Shown here one piece after another: positions 51,120-61,062 of a DNA stretch of 61,210 nt; within the stretch, counting starts at the first letter, position 1; every line of letters begins with the position of its first letter. The notes beneath the pieces are model-generated. The model was not told where the DNA came from and did not search any database. It was given only the letters and a program-made list of their open reading frames with translations. Location of the stretch: assembly GCA_045615665.1 (NCBI GenBank), contig JAZLFJ010000001.1, forward strand, positions 1 to 61,210, written 5' to 3'. The stretch is from Bacilli bacterium (GTDB taxonomy: Bacteria > Bacillota_I > Bacilli_A > RFN20 > CAG-826). The position numbers and the translations under genes were made by a program.

Positions 51120-51872
51120 ATGTTAGAAAGAGCAAGAGTAGAAAAAACTACCGACTTAAAAATTTGGAAGCAAATCCTCTTTTTTACAATCGGTTTATTC
51201 GGATTAACTGTCATTAGCCTACTTATTCAAATTATTGTTCAACTTGCCGCAAGAAGGACTATTGTTAGCGATTATAATTATCAAACATTCATGGGCTCAA
51301 GTACTTTCGACATGATTGTAAATGGCTCAACATATCTAATAATTGCGGTGATTTTTCTCATTTTGATGAAAGATGATACCAACGAATTTTTCAAATCATT
51401 CAAAGATTGGAAACCTTATGTTGCTGCCGCAATTGGTTTCAGCGCTATTCTCACATTTAATCTATTCTACAATCTTATTCTCAATGCGACAGGCGTAGTC
51501 ATCAGCGATAACGCAAACGAATCATCTTTAAATAGTATCGTGTCGGATTTTCCATTTCTTAGTTTATTAATATTTGCTTTAATTGGACCAATTGTTGAAG
51601 AATTTACTTATCGAGTTGGTTTATTCTCTTTACTAAAAAGAGTTCATATTTCTTTAGCATATGTAGTTACAATTATCGTTTTCACATTCATTCATTTCGA
51701 TTTCCAATCAAATAATATGGTTAACGAATTGTTGAATATTCCGTTTTACATGTTTGCGGCAGCCACATTCTGCTTCTTATATCATCGTTTTGGTTTAGCA
51801 TCTAGCATCAGCGCTCACGTAACCAATAACCTTTTATCAATTGGAACCGCAATCATCGCATCTTTTAAATAA
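51120..51872 (+). CDS. CPBP/CAAX-family intramembrane metalloprotease
   Basis: PIVEEFTYR, F...H, H...N motifs, multiple TM. Confidence 0.88.
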   Translation: MLERARVEKTTDLKIWKQILFFTIGLFGLTVISLLIQIIVQLAARRTIVSDYNYQTFMGSSTFDMIVNGSTYLIIAVIFLILMKDDTNEFFKSFKDWKPYVAAAIGFSAILTFNLFYNLILNATGVVISDNANESSLNSIVSDFPFLSLLIFALIGPIVEEFTYRVGLFSLLKRVHISLAYVVTIIVFTFIHFDFQSNNMVNELLNIPFYMFAAATFCFLYHRFGLASSISAHVTNNLLSIGTAIIASFK

Positions 51873-52744
51873 TGAAAAAGCAATTTTTATTTATAAATAG
51901 TTTTGTCTTAAAAATAGTGGCTTTTTTATTAATGACATTAGATCACATCGGAATTTTCTTAGTCGAAATGGAAAGCGATGCTGCAGTTTTGACTGGCGAA
52001 GTCTTCCGTTTGTTCGGCCGATTCGCCTTTCCTTTATTTGTTCTTATGCTCGTGGAGGGCATAAGGCACACTCATAGTTTTGCTAAATATGCTTTAAGAC
52101 TAGGAATAGTTGCCTCTATTGTCTTAGTCGCCCAAGCCGTTATAATCTATTGCTTAGATAGTTCTTTAGATAACGCATATTCTCCTCTATTAGATTTGCT
52201 ATGTTATGGAACTATACTTTATTTATTGTCTCGAAAAGATCGCTTTTCATTTCTTTCGATCATTCCATTTGCCTTGGTAATAGGTTCGTTTGCGGTAGGA
52301 ATTTATGAATTAAACAGTGAAAACACTGTAATTTGGTTCCCGGTTTTCTTAAGAAGCGGCTATAACATTTTTGGCCTAATCATGGCTCTTATAATGTTCT
52401 ATTCTTATCCATTACTTAAAAAATTATTTGAATCCTATCACATGGATGAAGAAGGTTATGAAACTTCAACTAGATTTAGATTCTATTTAAACATTCTCTT
52501 TTCTTTCGCGGTTTTCTTCGCAGTAGTCGTCATTTATTTGATTGCCAAAATACCAAACTGTGACTTATTTATGGTCAATGCTGAATTTTATTCAGAAACT
52601 TGGGCTTTATTAGCGATTCCAATAATCTTGTTTTATTCAGGAAAACTCGGTTACAAATCAAAGTGGTTCCAATATGCGTCTTATTTGTATTTTCCACTGC
52701 ATTTAGTTATTATCTATTTTGCCTTTTATCTAATAGGCTTTTAG
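51872..52744 (+). CDS. TraX-family membrane protein (putative acyltransferase)
   Basis: LKIVA..LM.LDH, GRFAFPLF...VEG..HT, Y.G.LG, Y..FP.H. Confidence 0.85.
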   Translation: MKKQFLFINSFVLKIVAFLLMTLDHIGIFLVEMESDAAVLTGEVFRLFGRFAFPLFVLMLVEGIRHTHSFAKYALRLGIVASIVLVAQAVIIYCLDSSLDNAYSPLLDLLCYGTILYLLSRKDRFSFLSIIPFALVIGSFAVGIYELNSENTVIWFPVFLRSGYNIFGLIMALIMFYSYPLLKKLFESYHMDEEGYETSTRFRFYLNILFSFAVFFAVVVIYLIAKIPNCDLFMVNAEFYSETWALLAIPIILFYSGKLGYKSKWFQYASYLYFPLHLVIIYFAFYLIGF

Positions 52745-52755
52745 GAGAAATTAAC

Positions 52756-53055
52756 ATGATTAAACACATCCATTCAGTCGATGAATTTAAAAAAGAAGTT
52801 GCTTCAGGCACAGTCCTCATTGATTTCTTTGCAACCTGGTGTGGACCATGCCAAATGCTTTCGCCAGTCATTGAGGAACTCGATAAACAAGTTAGCATCA
52901 AAGTCTTAAAAATTGATGTCGACGAAGTTTCTGATTTAGCTAGAGAATATCGTGTTATGTCGATACCGACATTAATCGTCTTCAAAGATGGTAAAATGAT
53001 TAAGAAAGAACTTGGCTATATGCCGCTCGAAAGACTCAAAGCACTTATTTCATAA
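52756..53055 (+). CDS. trxA: Thioredoxin
   Basis: DFFATWCGPC, SIPT; AGGAG SD before ATG 52756. Confidence 0.96.
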   Translation: MIKHIHSVDEFKKEVASGTVLIDFFATWCGPCQMLSPVIEELDKQVSIKVLKIDVDEVSDLAREYRVMSIPTLIVFKDGKMIKKELGYMPLERLKALIS

Positions 53056-53107
53056 ATCTTGTCTTTTATCTTTAAATCACTTGTGATAAAATTTTTGTCG
53101 CTTGTGT

Positions 53108-53182
53108 GGATCATTGGTCTATCGGCTATGATGCCTCCCTGTCACGGAGGCGAGACGAGTTCGACTCTCGTATGATCCGCCA
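53108..53182 (+). tRNA. tRNA-Asp (GTC)
   Basis: GGATCAT/ATGATCC acceptor, CCTCC-ctGTCac-GGAGG, TTCGACT loop, G discriminator, CCA. Confidence 0.95.
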
Positions 53183-53185
53183 TCT

Positions 53186-53259
53186 GCAGGCGTAGTTCAA
53201 TGGTAGAACTTCAGCCTTCCAAGCTGAATACGCGGGTTCGATTCCCGTCGCCTGCTCCA
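53186..53259 (+). tRNA. tRNA-Gly (TCC)
   Basis: GCAGGCG/CGCCTGC, TCAGC-ctTCCaa-GCTGA, T discriminator, CCA. Confidence 0.97.
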
Positions 53260-53269
53260 TTCTGTTAGA

Positions 53270-53300
53270 AAATACTCCTAAGGAGTATTTATTTTTTTAT
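53270..53300 (+). terminator. Terminator after the tRNA pair
   Basis: AAATACTCC-taa-GGAGTATTT followed by a T-rich tract. Confidence 0.75.
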
Positions 53301-53327
53301 TTTATAAACGATTATTTCTTTAAAAGA

Positions 53328-53355
53328 TTGACACTTTGTTACAAAGTGATACCTT
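53328..53355 (+). promoter_or_regulatory. Promoter with palindromic operator in the spacer
   Basis: TTGACA-16-(TG)TACCTT; CACTTTGT-t-ACAAAGTG (53332-53348). Confidence 0.55.
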
Positions 53356-53362
53356 ATTAACT

Positions 53363-54394
53363 ATGTACGATCAAATAATGTCTATAATCACTTATCTAAT
53401 TATCGCAGGAGTAGTTGTTTTTTCTTCGATTAAATTATCCGATTACGTTGATTTATTAGATAAAAAAACAAAATTATCCGGCGCTTTACTTGGCGGTATT
53501 TTATTAGCCGCGGTAACTTCATTACCGGAACTATTTACTTCAATTTCATCAACCTTATTTATTCACAAGAATTCATTTGTGGTAGGAAACATCCTTGGAA
53601 GTAATCTTTTCGATATTTGTTTATTCTTTATTCCCTACCTCTTCTTCTTTGGTAAATTAGCAACTTCAAAAGTAAATAAATCTCATTTATTAAGCATGCT
53701 TTTTATTGGTTTACTTTACGTAACGGTAACTGTTGCGGGCTTTGTTTTTAACTTCAATAACATTCTTTGGGGTTGGTTTAATCCAATGTCAATTCTTATT
53801 GTTGCAATCTACGCATTATCGATTCTTAAAACTCCGAAAACCGAGGATGACAAAGAAGAAGATGAAGTTGAAAGTAAACTCAGTGTTAAACAAATCGCAA
53901 TTTTATTTGTAGTCTTTACGGTTCTATTAATTGCAATGTCAATTGGCATTACTTATCACACAGATTGGATTGTTACAACATTTGGCTTTGGCGAGACTTT
54001 TGGCGGAGCGTTGTTCTTAGGAGTTGCTACTTCTTTGCCAGAATTAACTTCCACTATTAATTTGTGTCGCAAGAAAAACTTCAATGCTGCTTATGGAAAT
54101 ATCCTTGGCAGCTGCGTCTTCAATTTCATAATCTTATCTTTTTCCGACATTCTTTCATTTAACTGCGGACCGCTTTACGTGATGGATCAATCTTCATTCC
54201 TTCTTATCATTGGTGGTACGTTAGCCCTAATAATCTTTTTACCAACGTTATTACTTACTTATTTTGGTAAAACCAAACCGACCATTAAATTTAGAATCAT
54301 TTATGTTCTTGTAGGAGTAATTATTATTGGATCTTACATTGCATTTTTAGTGTTATCTAACATTAATCTACATTTAGAATTTGCCCCATTTTAA
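53363..54394 (+). CDS. Ca2+:cation antiporter (CaCA) family protein
   Basis: Two alpha-repeats TSLPEL...GNILGS; likely ATG at 53363. Confidence 0.9.
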   Translation: MYDQIMSIITYLIIAGVVVFSSIKLSDYVDLLDKKTKLSGALLGGILLAAVTSLPELFTSISSTLFIHKNSFVVGNILGSNLFDICLFFIPYLFFFGKLATSKVNKSHLLSMLFIGLLYVTVTVAGFVFNFNNILWGWFNPMSILIVAIYALSILKTPKTEDDKEEDEVESKLSVKQIAILFVVFTVLLIAMSIGITYHTDWIVTTFGFGETFGGALFLGVATSLPELTSTINLCRKKNFNAAYGNILGSCVFNFIILSFSDILSFNCGPLYVMDQSSFLLIIGGTLALIIFLPTLLLTYFGKTKPTIKFRIIYVLVGVIIIGSYIAFLVLSNINLHLEFAPF

Positions 54395-54404
54395 GGAGGA
54401 AATT

Positions 54405-54998
54405 ATGTTCGAATTAGTGGTCGCCACAAATAACGCTCATAAAGTTAAAGAATATCAAGAGATGTTTTTAGGCTATGACATTAAATTCTATTCGATGAAG
54501 GATTTAGGAATCGTATGTAATCCTGAAGAAAACGGAACAACATACGAGGAAAATTCACTAATTAAAGCGTCCGCCTTAGCAAAGTTAACTAAGCTTCCTG
54601 TCATCGCAGATGACTCGGGATTAAACGTTGTCGCGTTAAATAATTTTCCAGGCATTTATTCATCAAGATATGCCGACTCCTATGGAGGAAACAAAGTCGC
54701 AAATCTTGAGCTTATTAAGAAGCTTAAACCTTATGAAGATAAATCCGCTTTCTTCGCTTGTTTAATTACCTTAATGAATGTTGAAGAAAAACCAGTTCAA
54801 TTTAAAGGAATTTGTCGAGGAAAAATTCTTGATAAGCCAGTTGGTGAAGGTGGATTTGGCTATGATCCAATCTTCTATAGCAATGAAGCTAAAATTGCCT
54901 TTGGAGAAGCATCTCCAGAAATTAAAAACAAATATTCTCACCGCGCGAAAGCAGTTAGTCAATTAATCGAATATTTAAAAAACAAGAGACTAATATAG
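54405..54998 (+). CDS. rdgB: dITP/XTP pyrophosphatase (HAM1)
   Basis: ATNNAHK..E, ADDSGL, PG.YS.R, GFGYDPIF, KN.YSHR; GGAGG SD. Confidence 0.96.
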   Translation: MFELVVATNNAHKVKEYQEMFLGYDIKFYSMKDLGIVCNPEENGTTYEENSLIKASALAKLTKLPVIADDSGLNVVALNNFPGIYSSRYADSYGGNKVANLELIKKLKPYEDKSAFFACLITLMNVEEKPVQFKGICRGKILDKPVGEGGFGYDPIFYSNEAKIAFGEASPEIKNKYSHRAKAVSQLIEYLKNKRLI

Positions 54999-55006
54999 TC
55001 TCTTTT

Positions 55007-55690
55007 TTATGCTAAGTAAGACAAGGCAAAACCAATTACAATTAGAAATTGAGCGATTAAATATGTGCCCATAACATAAAAATCATATCTTTTGAATTTT
55101 TTAATATTTTTTGTGTATGTAATTAAAAGATCGCTAGATAAGAAGAAGATTGAGCCGATAAGAGATAAATACATCATCGCTCCACCTTTAACCGCAGTAA
55201 AGACCATGATGACTACCAAAGTAACAAGAGGCGAAAGATACAAGCCTAAACAAATTTGTTCACCTCTATTTAGTTTAATCTTAGGTCCAACAAAGAATGC
55301 AAACATGAAAAACATCACAACATATGTTCCGATAATTACAAGAATCATAAAGAGAGGAACGTTCGCACTCATATAAACGATTAGAGCTTCTAATGCATAG
55401 AAAACAAACCCAAGGAAAAAGGCGACTGCTCCTGCATAGAAAAATGGCTTTTTAGGAAGGATGACAAAGATATCACCAATCATTCCTAAAAATGTTGCGA
55501 TATAGATAAATGGATGATTTGGTAAAGTTACCGCTGCAAACGCTGTTAGCAAAGCTAAAAGTAGTGGCTTTTCGATGCGACGATATTTCTCTAATTCAAA
55601 AAAAGCAAAAATTAATTGAACCACCACCGCGACAAAAAATAATACTAAAAGTATAATCGACGGGATACTTAATTTAGCAAATACTTCCAT
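55007..55690 (-). CDS. YhhN/TMEM86 lysoplasmalogenase-family membrane protein
   Basis: KP, GDIF, G..FFLSSD, VM.TY..AQ motifs; likely ATG at 55690. Confidence 0.8.
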   Translation of the reverse strand: MEVFAKLSIPSIILLVLFFVAVVVQLIFAFFELEKYRRIEKPLLLALLTAFAAVTLPNHPFIYIATFLGMIGDIFVILPKKPFFYAGAVAFFLGFVFYALEALIVYMSANVPLFMILVIIGTYVVMFFMFAFFVGPKIKLNRGEQICLGLYLSPLVTLVVIMVFTAVKGGAMMYLSLIGSIFFLSSDLLITYTKNIKKFKRYDFYVMGTYLIAQFLIVIGFALSYLA

Positions 55691-55745
55691 ACTTCTTAAT
55701 TTATTATACATTATCAAATAAATAATGATATAATCTATCTCGCTT

Positions 55746-55837
55746 GGAGCAGTACTCAAGAGGCTGAAGAGGACGGTTTGCTAAACCGTTAGATCGGGTT
55801 TACTGGTGCGAGGGTTCGAATCCCTCCTGCTCCGCCA
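55746..55837 (+). tRNA. tRNA-Ser (GCT)
   Basis: GGAGCAG/CTGCTCC, ACGGT-ttGCTaa-ACCGT, long variable arm, GCCA end. Confidence 0.97.
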
Positions 55838-55864
55838 GGAAGAAAAAATTGACACCTAATAGCG

Positions 55865-56270
55865 GGGCGCCTTCTCTATCTATTAGATAGGCGAATACTT
55901 CTTTAGATTTTTTATAAGAGAATTTAACGGGTTCACCGTTATAAAAAACTTCAAAATTACCAAAACATTTATTCTGAAGCTTCTTGTTCGATTGGAGAGG
56001 TGCAATGTTTTGAAGTTCGTCCACTTTTTCTTTTATCTTCGCTTCGCTCACTGGTTTAGTAACGTAGCCGTGGGCATGGATTTTAAATGCTTGTAAAGCG
56101 TATTTGTTATAAGCGGTAACAAAAACAATCTTTATTAGTGGGTTAATCTTTTTTAAATTTTTAGCGAGTTGGATGCCATTTATTCCAGGCATTTCAATAT
56201 CGAAAAAACAATATCAAAGAGCGTTTTATCGTTTTCTTGAAGCGCTTTGACCGGATTGGTATATGAACTA
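55865..56270 (-). pseudogene. Truncated, frameshifted response regulator (receiver + start of wHTH/SARP-type domain)
   Basis: Y TNPVKAL...FDIVF/DIEMPG split by a 1-nt frameshift near 56205; IVFVTAY, YVTKP, CFGNFEVF; no start codon, homology ends after DREGA. Confidence 0.8.
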
Positions 56271-56274
56271 AATA

Positions 56275-57618
56275 TTATTTTAGTTCACTTTCAAAACTAT
56301 TATATGCATTATTCGCATTATCAAGGAAATGTTTAGCGACAGCAAGGAAATCAAAGCCATGTGCCTCTCCTTCACCACGATAATGTTTAACGATTGCAAC
56401 GTTATACCATTGAAGTGAAATGTAAATTCTCCAAAGATAATAACGTTTTATTTCATCTTTAGTTGGCTTTCCAAAATAATAATCGAGGAGTTTACGACCT
56501 TCGCTTACTAAAGCATTTCCAAATGTTCCGATGTCATAAATCGGATCATTATTACCAACGAATTCAAAGTCAATCAGGAAGTAATTACCCTGCAAATCAC
56601 GGATAATATTACTTCTTTGGGCATCGTTATGGCACAGAGTTTTCTTTTGTGATTCAAGATATTTTCTGTAGCGGAAAAGGAAAGTCCTAAGGTCTTTATA
56701 TTTTGGATCAACATCTTTTGAAAATTCTAAAGCTTCTTTTTCATAAGTATTAACAAATCTCTCAAACGGATTGTAATCTGCTTTAGACAATTTCTTCGAT
56801 GCGTGGAATCTTTTAAATAAATCCGCCACTTTTTGATAATCGACATCTTCTACCTTATCAATCGAGGTGCCATCAATATATTCATTGATCTTAATTCCTC
56901 TTTCGGTATCAAAATAAACATTTTTACTAGTAAGTCCAAGGTCAGAGGCAATCTTTTGATGTTCTTTCTCAAGTGGGCGATCAACCATTTCGTTAGCTTG
57001 CTCAGTGGAAATATAAACAACGTATTTTTTTTCTTTGGAATTTCTAACAATATAAGAGATATTCATCATACCTCCTTTAAGAGGGCAGAGAATTTTGGCG
57101 CCTCGACCTAAAACTTTCTTAATAAGAGAACGAACTTCACTTTCAACTCTTTCGTTCTCTTTTTCTTTATTAAATTCTTGTGTCGCTGCTTCGACGATTG
57201 ATGGAGCAGGTTTAAAAACTAGATGATAAACACCCTGAGCAATATAAATGGCAGCGATGTAATAAAAAGCAATTGAAACAAATAAACTATAGTAGCTAAT
57301 CTCATCATTCCATTTAATAAAGCAAATGATATCGAACACCAATAAAGAAACAGCGAATGGTAAAAGAGAGATTTTATCAAACCACGAATTTCTTTTTTGC
57401 CTTGGTTTTGAAAAACATAACCAAACGAAATCAGTAACGATATAAATAGCGGCGATTGTAGTGATAATGTTAAACACGTGATGGAAATTTTGACTTTTTC
57501 CTATGACGTTTAACAGCTTTAGGGTCGCTAAAGTGATAATAACGGCCGCAATGACGAATAATTCAATAACGTAGATCCTATTGAATTTTTTAATTTGTTT
57601 TTCTAATTGTTTTTCCAT
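56275..57618 (-). CDS. 4-TM membrane domain fused to a choline/ethanolamine kinase (LicA-like) domain
   Basis: Four hydrophobic helices, charged linker, GGMMN, CHND....NI, LIDFEF.G.ND..YDI; likely ATG at 57618. Confidence 0.82.
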   Translation of the reverse strand: MEKQLEKQIKKFNRIYVIELFVIAAVIITLATLKLLNVIGKSQNFHHVFNIITTIAAIYIVTDFVWLCFSKPRQKRNSWFDKISLLPFAVSLLVFDIICFIKWNDEISYYSLFVSIAFYYIAAIYIAQGVYHLVFKPAPSIVEAATQEFNKEKENERVESEVRSLIKKVLGRGAKILCPLKGGMMNISYIVRNSKEKKYVVYISTEQANEMVDRPLEKEHQKIASDLGLTSKNVYFDTERGIKINEYIDGTSIDKVEDVDYQKVADLFKRFHASKKLSKADYNPFERFVNTYEKEALEFSKDVDPKYKDLRTFLFRYRKYLESQKKTLCHNDAQRSNIIRDLQGNYFLIDFEFVGNNDPIYDIGTFGNALVSEGRKLLDYYFGKPTKDEIKRYYLWRIYISLQWYNVAIVKHYRGEGEAHGFDFLAVAKHFLDNANNAYNSFESELK

Positions 57619-57636
57619 GCTAAATATTCTATGCAA

Positions 57637-58305
57637 TTAAAGGGAAAATTTGTAGTCACAATTTGAACAATTGAAAATATTATTTTTTATTTTCATCTTG
57701 TGGCCGCAGCGAGGACAAACCCCATTTACGATCGCGTACTCCTTTTCTTTTTGTATTTCACGGCGAAATGCCTTTAAATATCCAATATTTTCGATATGTT
57801 CCCTTTTGGAAACGTTAACGACCTTTTGTTTTATTTCGTTTGCAATCTTTTCTATAGTTGTATCTTTGTATCTGTGTTCATAAGGATAAGAATCGACAAA
57901 AAGAATCAAATCATCAAGATTAATAACATTCTCATCGCCAGTATATGGGGCGTTATTTTTTACAAAAACAACAACTGGAATAATCTCATATTTCCTATCT
58001 AATATCTTATATAAAGTAATCGCGTGTGATTTATTTTGTTTGATTGGATCAGGAAGCTTTTCGCTTTTATTAGCAATTCTTCTTGTCCATCGATTATTTT
58101 CATAAAAAATCTCACCATAATAATTTTTGGTTTCAATAGCAAATATGCCATGCGGGTGAATAAGGACATGATCAATCTGATGAGTCATTTCAGAATTGTT
58201 ATTAAGAAAAGTGACATCATTATAGACAACATGTTTCTCTTTTATGTTTCTTAAAATTTCCTGAACTTTCTTTTCGCCTTTTTCACCGCGAGATACTTTA
58301 GACAT
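57637..58305 (-). CDS. NERD-domain nuclease-like protein with C-terminal Zn ribbon
   Basis: GEKGE, QIDHVLI...GIFAIETKNY.G, P..QN..H, CPRCG...CSNC. Confidence 0.88.
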   Translation of the reverse strand: MSKVSRGEKGEKKVQEILRNIKEKHVVYNDVTFLNNNSEMTHQIDHVLIHPHGIFAIETKNYYGEIFYENNRWTRRIANKSEKLPDPIKQNKSHAITLYKILDRKYEIIPVVVFVKNNAPYTGDENVINLDDLILFVDSYPYEHRYKDTTIEKIANEIKQKVVNVSKREHIENIGYLKAFRREIQKEKEYAIVNGVCPRCGHKMKIKNNIFNCSNCDYKFSL

Positions 58306-58355
58306 ACTAAAAGTATATTCGAAATTTTTAAAAATTATATATAATAAAATAAATT

Positions 58356-58805
58356 ATGAATTATTCACCAATCAATAAAGAATTCATCAAAAAAGATAAA
58401 AGCCATTCTCAAAAAAGAATCAAACTCACCATCATGTGTATGGTTTATAAAGACGATGGTTCTTTTCTAGTTGAAAATAGATTAAAAAAAGATTGGCCAG
58501 GACTCACATTTCCGGGCGGACACGTCGAAGATGATGAATTAATAGAAGACGCTGTCATAAGAGAAATGAAAGAAGAAACAGGTTTAGATTTATTCGAAGT
58601 TGAACCACGCGGTTATATCGAATGGAATGAATTTGGCGATAATGTTCGTCATTTGGCAATGCTCTTTAGAACAAACAAATACAAAGGAACTTTGAAAAGT
58701 TCGAAAGAAGGAGAGATTTTCTTTATAAAAGAAAAAGACATAGAAAAATATTTGCTCTCCAACGACTTTGAAAAGATATATCGAAAACTAAAAAAAGATT
58801 ACTAG
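58356..58805 (+). CDS. Nudix hydrolase (MutT-like)
   Basis: FPGGHVE.....DAVIREMKEETGL. Confidence 0.9.
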   Translation: MNYSPINKEFIKKDKSHSQKRIKLTIMCMVYKDDGSFLVENRLKKDWPGLTFPGGHVEDDELIEDAVIREMKEETGLDLFEVEPRGYIEWNEFGDNVRHLAMLFRTNKYKGTLKSSKEGEIFFIKEKDIEKYLLSNDFEKIYRKLKKDY

Positions 58806-58816
58806 GCCAATCTTTT

Positions 58817-59626
58817 TTATGCTTGTAAATATTCCTCGTAAATCTTATGTAATCTATTTGCGATTTCCACCGTTGATAGATTCATATATTCTTCGGGTTC
58901 CATGATATAGATAATATCGCAGTTTATTTTAGTGAACTTCTTAGGGAAGTTTTTATGGATCATATTGGTGTTTTTTATACCAACGCAGACGATTGGGACT
59001 CCGCTTCTTTTTGCGATATTAAATGTTCCGGCATGGAACGGTAGTAATTCGAGGGTTTTACTTCTTGTGCCTTCAGGGGCAACGGCAATACTAGCCTTAT
59101 GTTCGTTAAGAGTGTCAATCGCTTTATGGATCGCTTTAATACCTTCTTGGTCGTGTTCTCGATCAACGGTAATATATCCAGCTTTATGAATCATTCCGCC
59201 GACAATAGGAATCTTTTTATTTCCGTATTTCGTAATGCAAATAAGTCTTCTAACTTTATACATTAAAAGCATTGGATCAAAATTAGAAACATGATTATAA
59301 ATGAACAAATACTCTCGGTGTTTATTTAACTTTTTAAAGCCAGTAAATTTCACTCTTGTCAGGGCTAATTGGCAAGTTAAATAATCCATTTGTCGAACAA
59401 AAAAGCCCGCAATTTTCGAGTTTCTTTTGACTTCCTTATCAACATTAACCATTTTTGCAAATGGGAATAAGAAGAATAAAGTAATGCCAAATAGAAGGAC
59501 ATATCCTAAAGGTATTCCAATAAGAGGAATCCAATACCAATACCACTGAGAATAGAGGCCTGTAAAGTACATTAAGCAGCCAAAACCGCCCAACAACAAA
59601 ACAACATAACTAACAGCTAAAATCAT
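58817..59626 (-). CDS. plsC: 1-acyl-sn-glycerol-3-phosphate acyltransferase
   Basis: NHVSNFD, VDR, PEGTRS. Confidence 0.88.
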   Translation of the reverse strand: MILAVSYVVLLLGGFGCLMYFTGLYSQWYWYWIPLIGIPLGYVLLFGITLFFLFPFAKMVNVDKEVKRNSKIAGFFVRQMDYLTCQLALTRVKFTGFKKLNKHREYLFIYNHVSNFDPMLLMYKVRRLICITKYGNKKIPIVGGMIHKAGYITVDREHDQEGIKAIHKAIDTLNEHKASIAVAPEGTRSKTLELLPFHAGTFNIAKRSGVPIVCVGIKNTNMIHKNFPKKFTKINCDIIYIMEPEEYMNLSTVEIANRLHKIYEEYLQA

Positions 59627-59628
59627 TT

Positions 59629-61062
59629 TTAATAAGCCCTTGCAAAAAAGACAACTTTCTCTGCTTTCTTACCACAGACAAGACATTTATGTTCGAATGG
59701 CACTTGATCAAATGGTAAACATCTTGCGGTCGCTTGATAGAGTTCTTTGATTTTATCTTCGCACTCTTGAGATCCACACCACATCACTTTGGCGTAACCA
59801 CCGCGATCAAGAATCTTTTCGAGTTCTTCTAAAGAGTGTGCTTCGGTCGTGTGATCTAAAAGATATTTGAAAGCTTTTTTATACATTTCTTCATGAATCG
59901 TTTCTAGTAGTTTAGGAAGAATGCTTTCAATTTCGTTTTCATTAACAGTCAATTTTTGTCCATCGTTACGCTTGGCTAAGACGCAAACGCCATTTGCAAT
60001 ATCTCTGGGACCAACTTCGAGACGAACTGGAATTCCTTTCATTTCGTATTCGGCATATTTCCAACCTGGAGAACGATCAGAATCATCAAGTTTAACTCTT
60101 AAACCTAGTTTAGATAATATATCTAAATATTCATGAGCTTTCTTTAAAACATCAGGATTTTTTTGCTGAATTGGAATGATGACAACTTGAGTTGGAGCAA
60201 CCTTTGGTGGAAGCACTAGACCATTATCGTCACCATGAACCATAATAATTGACCCTAATAAACGAGTTGAAACACCCCAGGAAGTTTGGAATGGTGATTG
60301 AAGTTTATTTTCACGATTCTGGAATTGAATACCAAAAGCTTTAGCAAAACCATCTCCAAAATAATGAGTTGTTCCGCTTTGAAGAGCTTTTCCATCTGGC
60401 ATCAAGGCTTCGATAGAATAAGTTTCTTTAGCGCCAGCAAATTTTTCTTTATCAGTTTTGATGCCTTTAACAAATGGAATGGCCAATAAATCGCGACCCA
60501 TCTTGTCATAAATTTCTAGCATTCTTAAAGCATCTTTACGAGCTTCTTCTTCGCTTTCATACATGGTATGACCTTCTTGCCAAAGGAATTCGGAACCTCT
60601 TAAGAATGGACGAGTTGTCTTTTCCCAACGAACAACGGAGCACCATTGGTTATAACGTTTTGGTAAATCACGATATGACTCAATAATGTTTTTGTAATGT
60701 TCACAGAATAAAACTTCACTAGTTGGACGAATAATAAGCTCATCTTCAAGTGTATTTTTGCCACCTTTTGTTGCAATTAATGTTTCTGGAGCAAAACCAC
60801 TGACATGATCTTTTTCTTTTTGGAATAAAGAACTAGGAATTACTAAAGGCATGTAGACGTTTTCGACCCCTACAGCTTTAAATTTTGAATCAAGATATTT
60901 TTGAATCTCTTCCCAAATAGCGTAGCCATATGGTCGATAAATAATAAAACCTTTAACGGATGAATAATCCATTAATTCGGCTTTCTTACATACATCTGTG
61001 TACCACTGAGCAAAATCTTTTTCTTGTGATGTAATTTGTTCTACAAATTTCTTATCTGACAT
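59629..61062 (-). CDS. proS: Proline--tRNA ligase (archaeal/eukaryotic type)
   Basis: DFAQWYTDV, RPTSE, EFLWQEGHT, SWGVSTR, C-terminal ARAY. Confidence 0.98.
   Translation of the reverse strand: MSDKKFVEQITSQEKDFAQWYTDVCKKAELMDYSSVKGFIIYRPYGYAIWEEIQKYLDSKFKAVGVENVYMPLVIPSSLFQKEKDHVSGFAPETLIATKGGKNTLEDELIIRPTSEVLFCEHYKNIIESYRDLPKRYNQWCSVVRWEKTTRPFLRGSEFLWQEGHTMYESEEEARKDALRMLEIYDKMGRDLLAIPFVKGIKTDKEKFAGAKETYSIEALMPDGKALQSGTTHYFGDGFAKAFGIQFQNRENKLQSPFQTSWGVSTRLLGSIIMVHGDDNGLVLPPKVAPTQVVIIPIQQKNPDVLKKAHEYLDILSKLGLRVKLDDSDRSPGWKYAEYEMKGIPVRLEVGPRDIANGVCVLAKRNDGQKLTVNENEIESILPKLLETIHEEMYKKAFKYLLDHTTEAHSLEELEKILDRGGYAKVMWCGSQECEDKIKELYQATARCLPFDQVPFEHKCLVCGKKAEKVVFFARAY

Noticed and set aside
51872-52744. 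TraX as evidence of a conjugative element
   Set aside because: No other tra, T4SS or relaxase genes are present, and TraX-family genes are common standalone chromosomal genes.
53108-53182. Atypical-looking tRNA-Asp D-arm
   Set aside because: G10-U25, the G discriminator and all other stems are normal; the single 13-22 mismatch is common.
55800-55864. C-terminus LAEQEGFEPSHQ of ORF 55800-56192
   Set aside because: It is antisense translation of tRNA-Ser, not real protein sequence.
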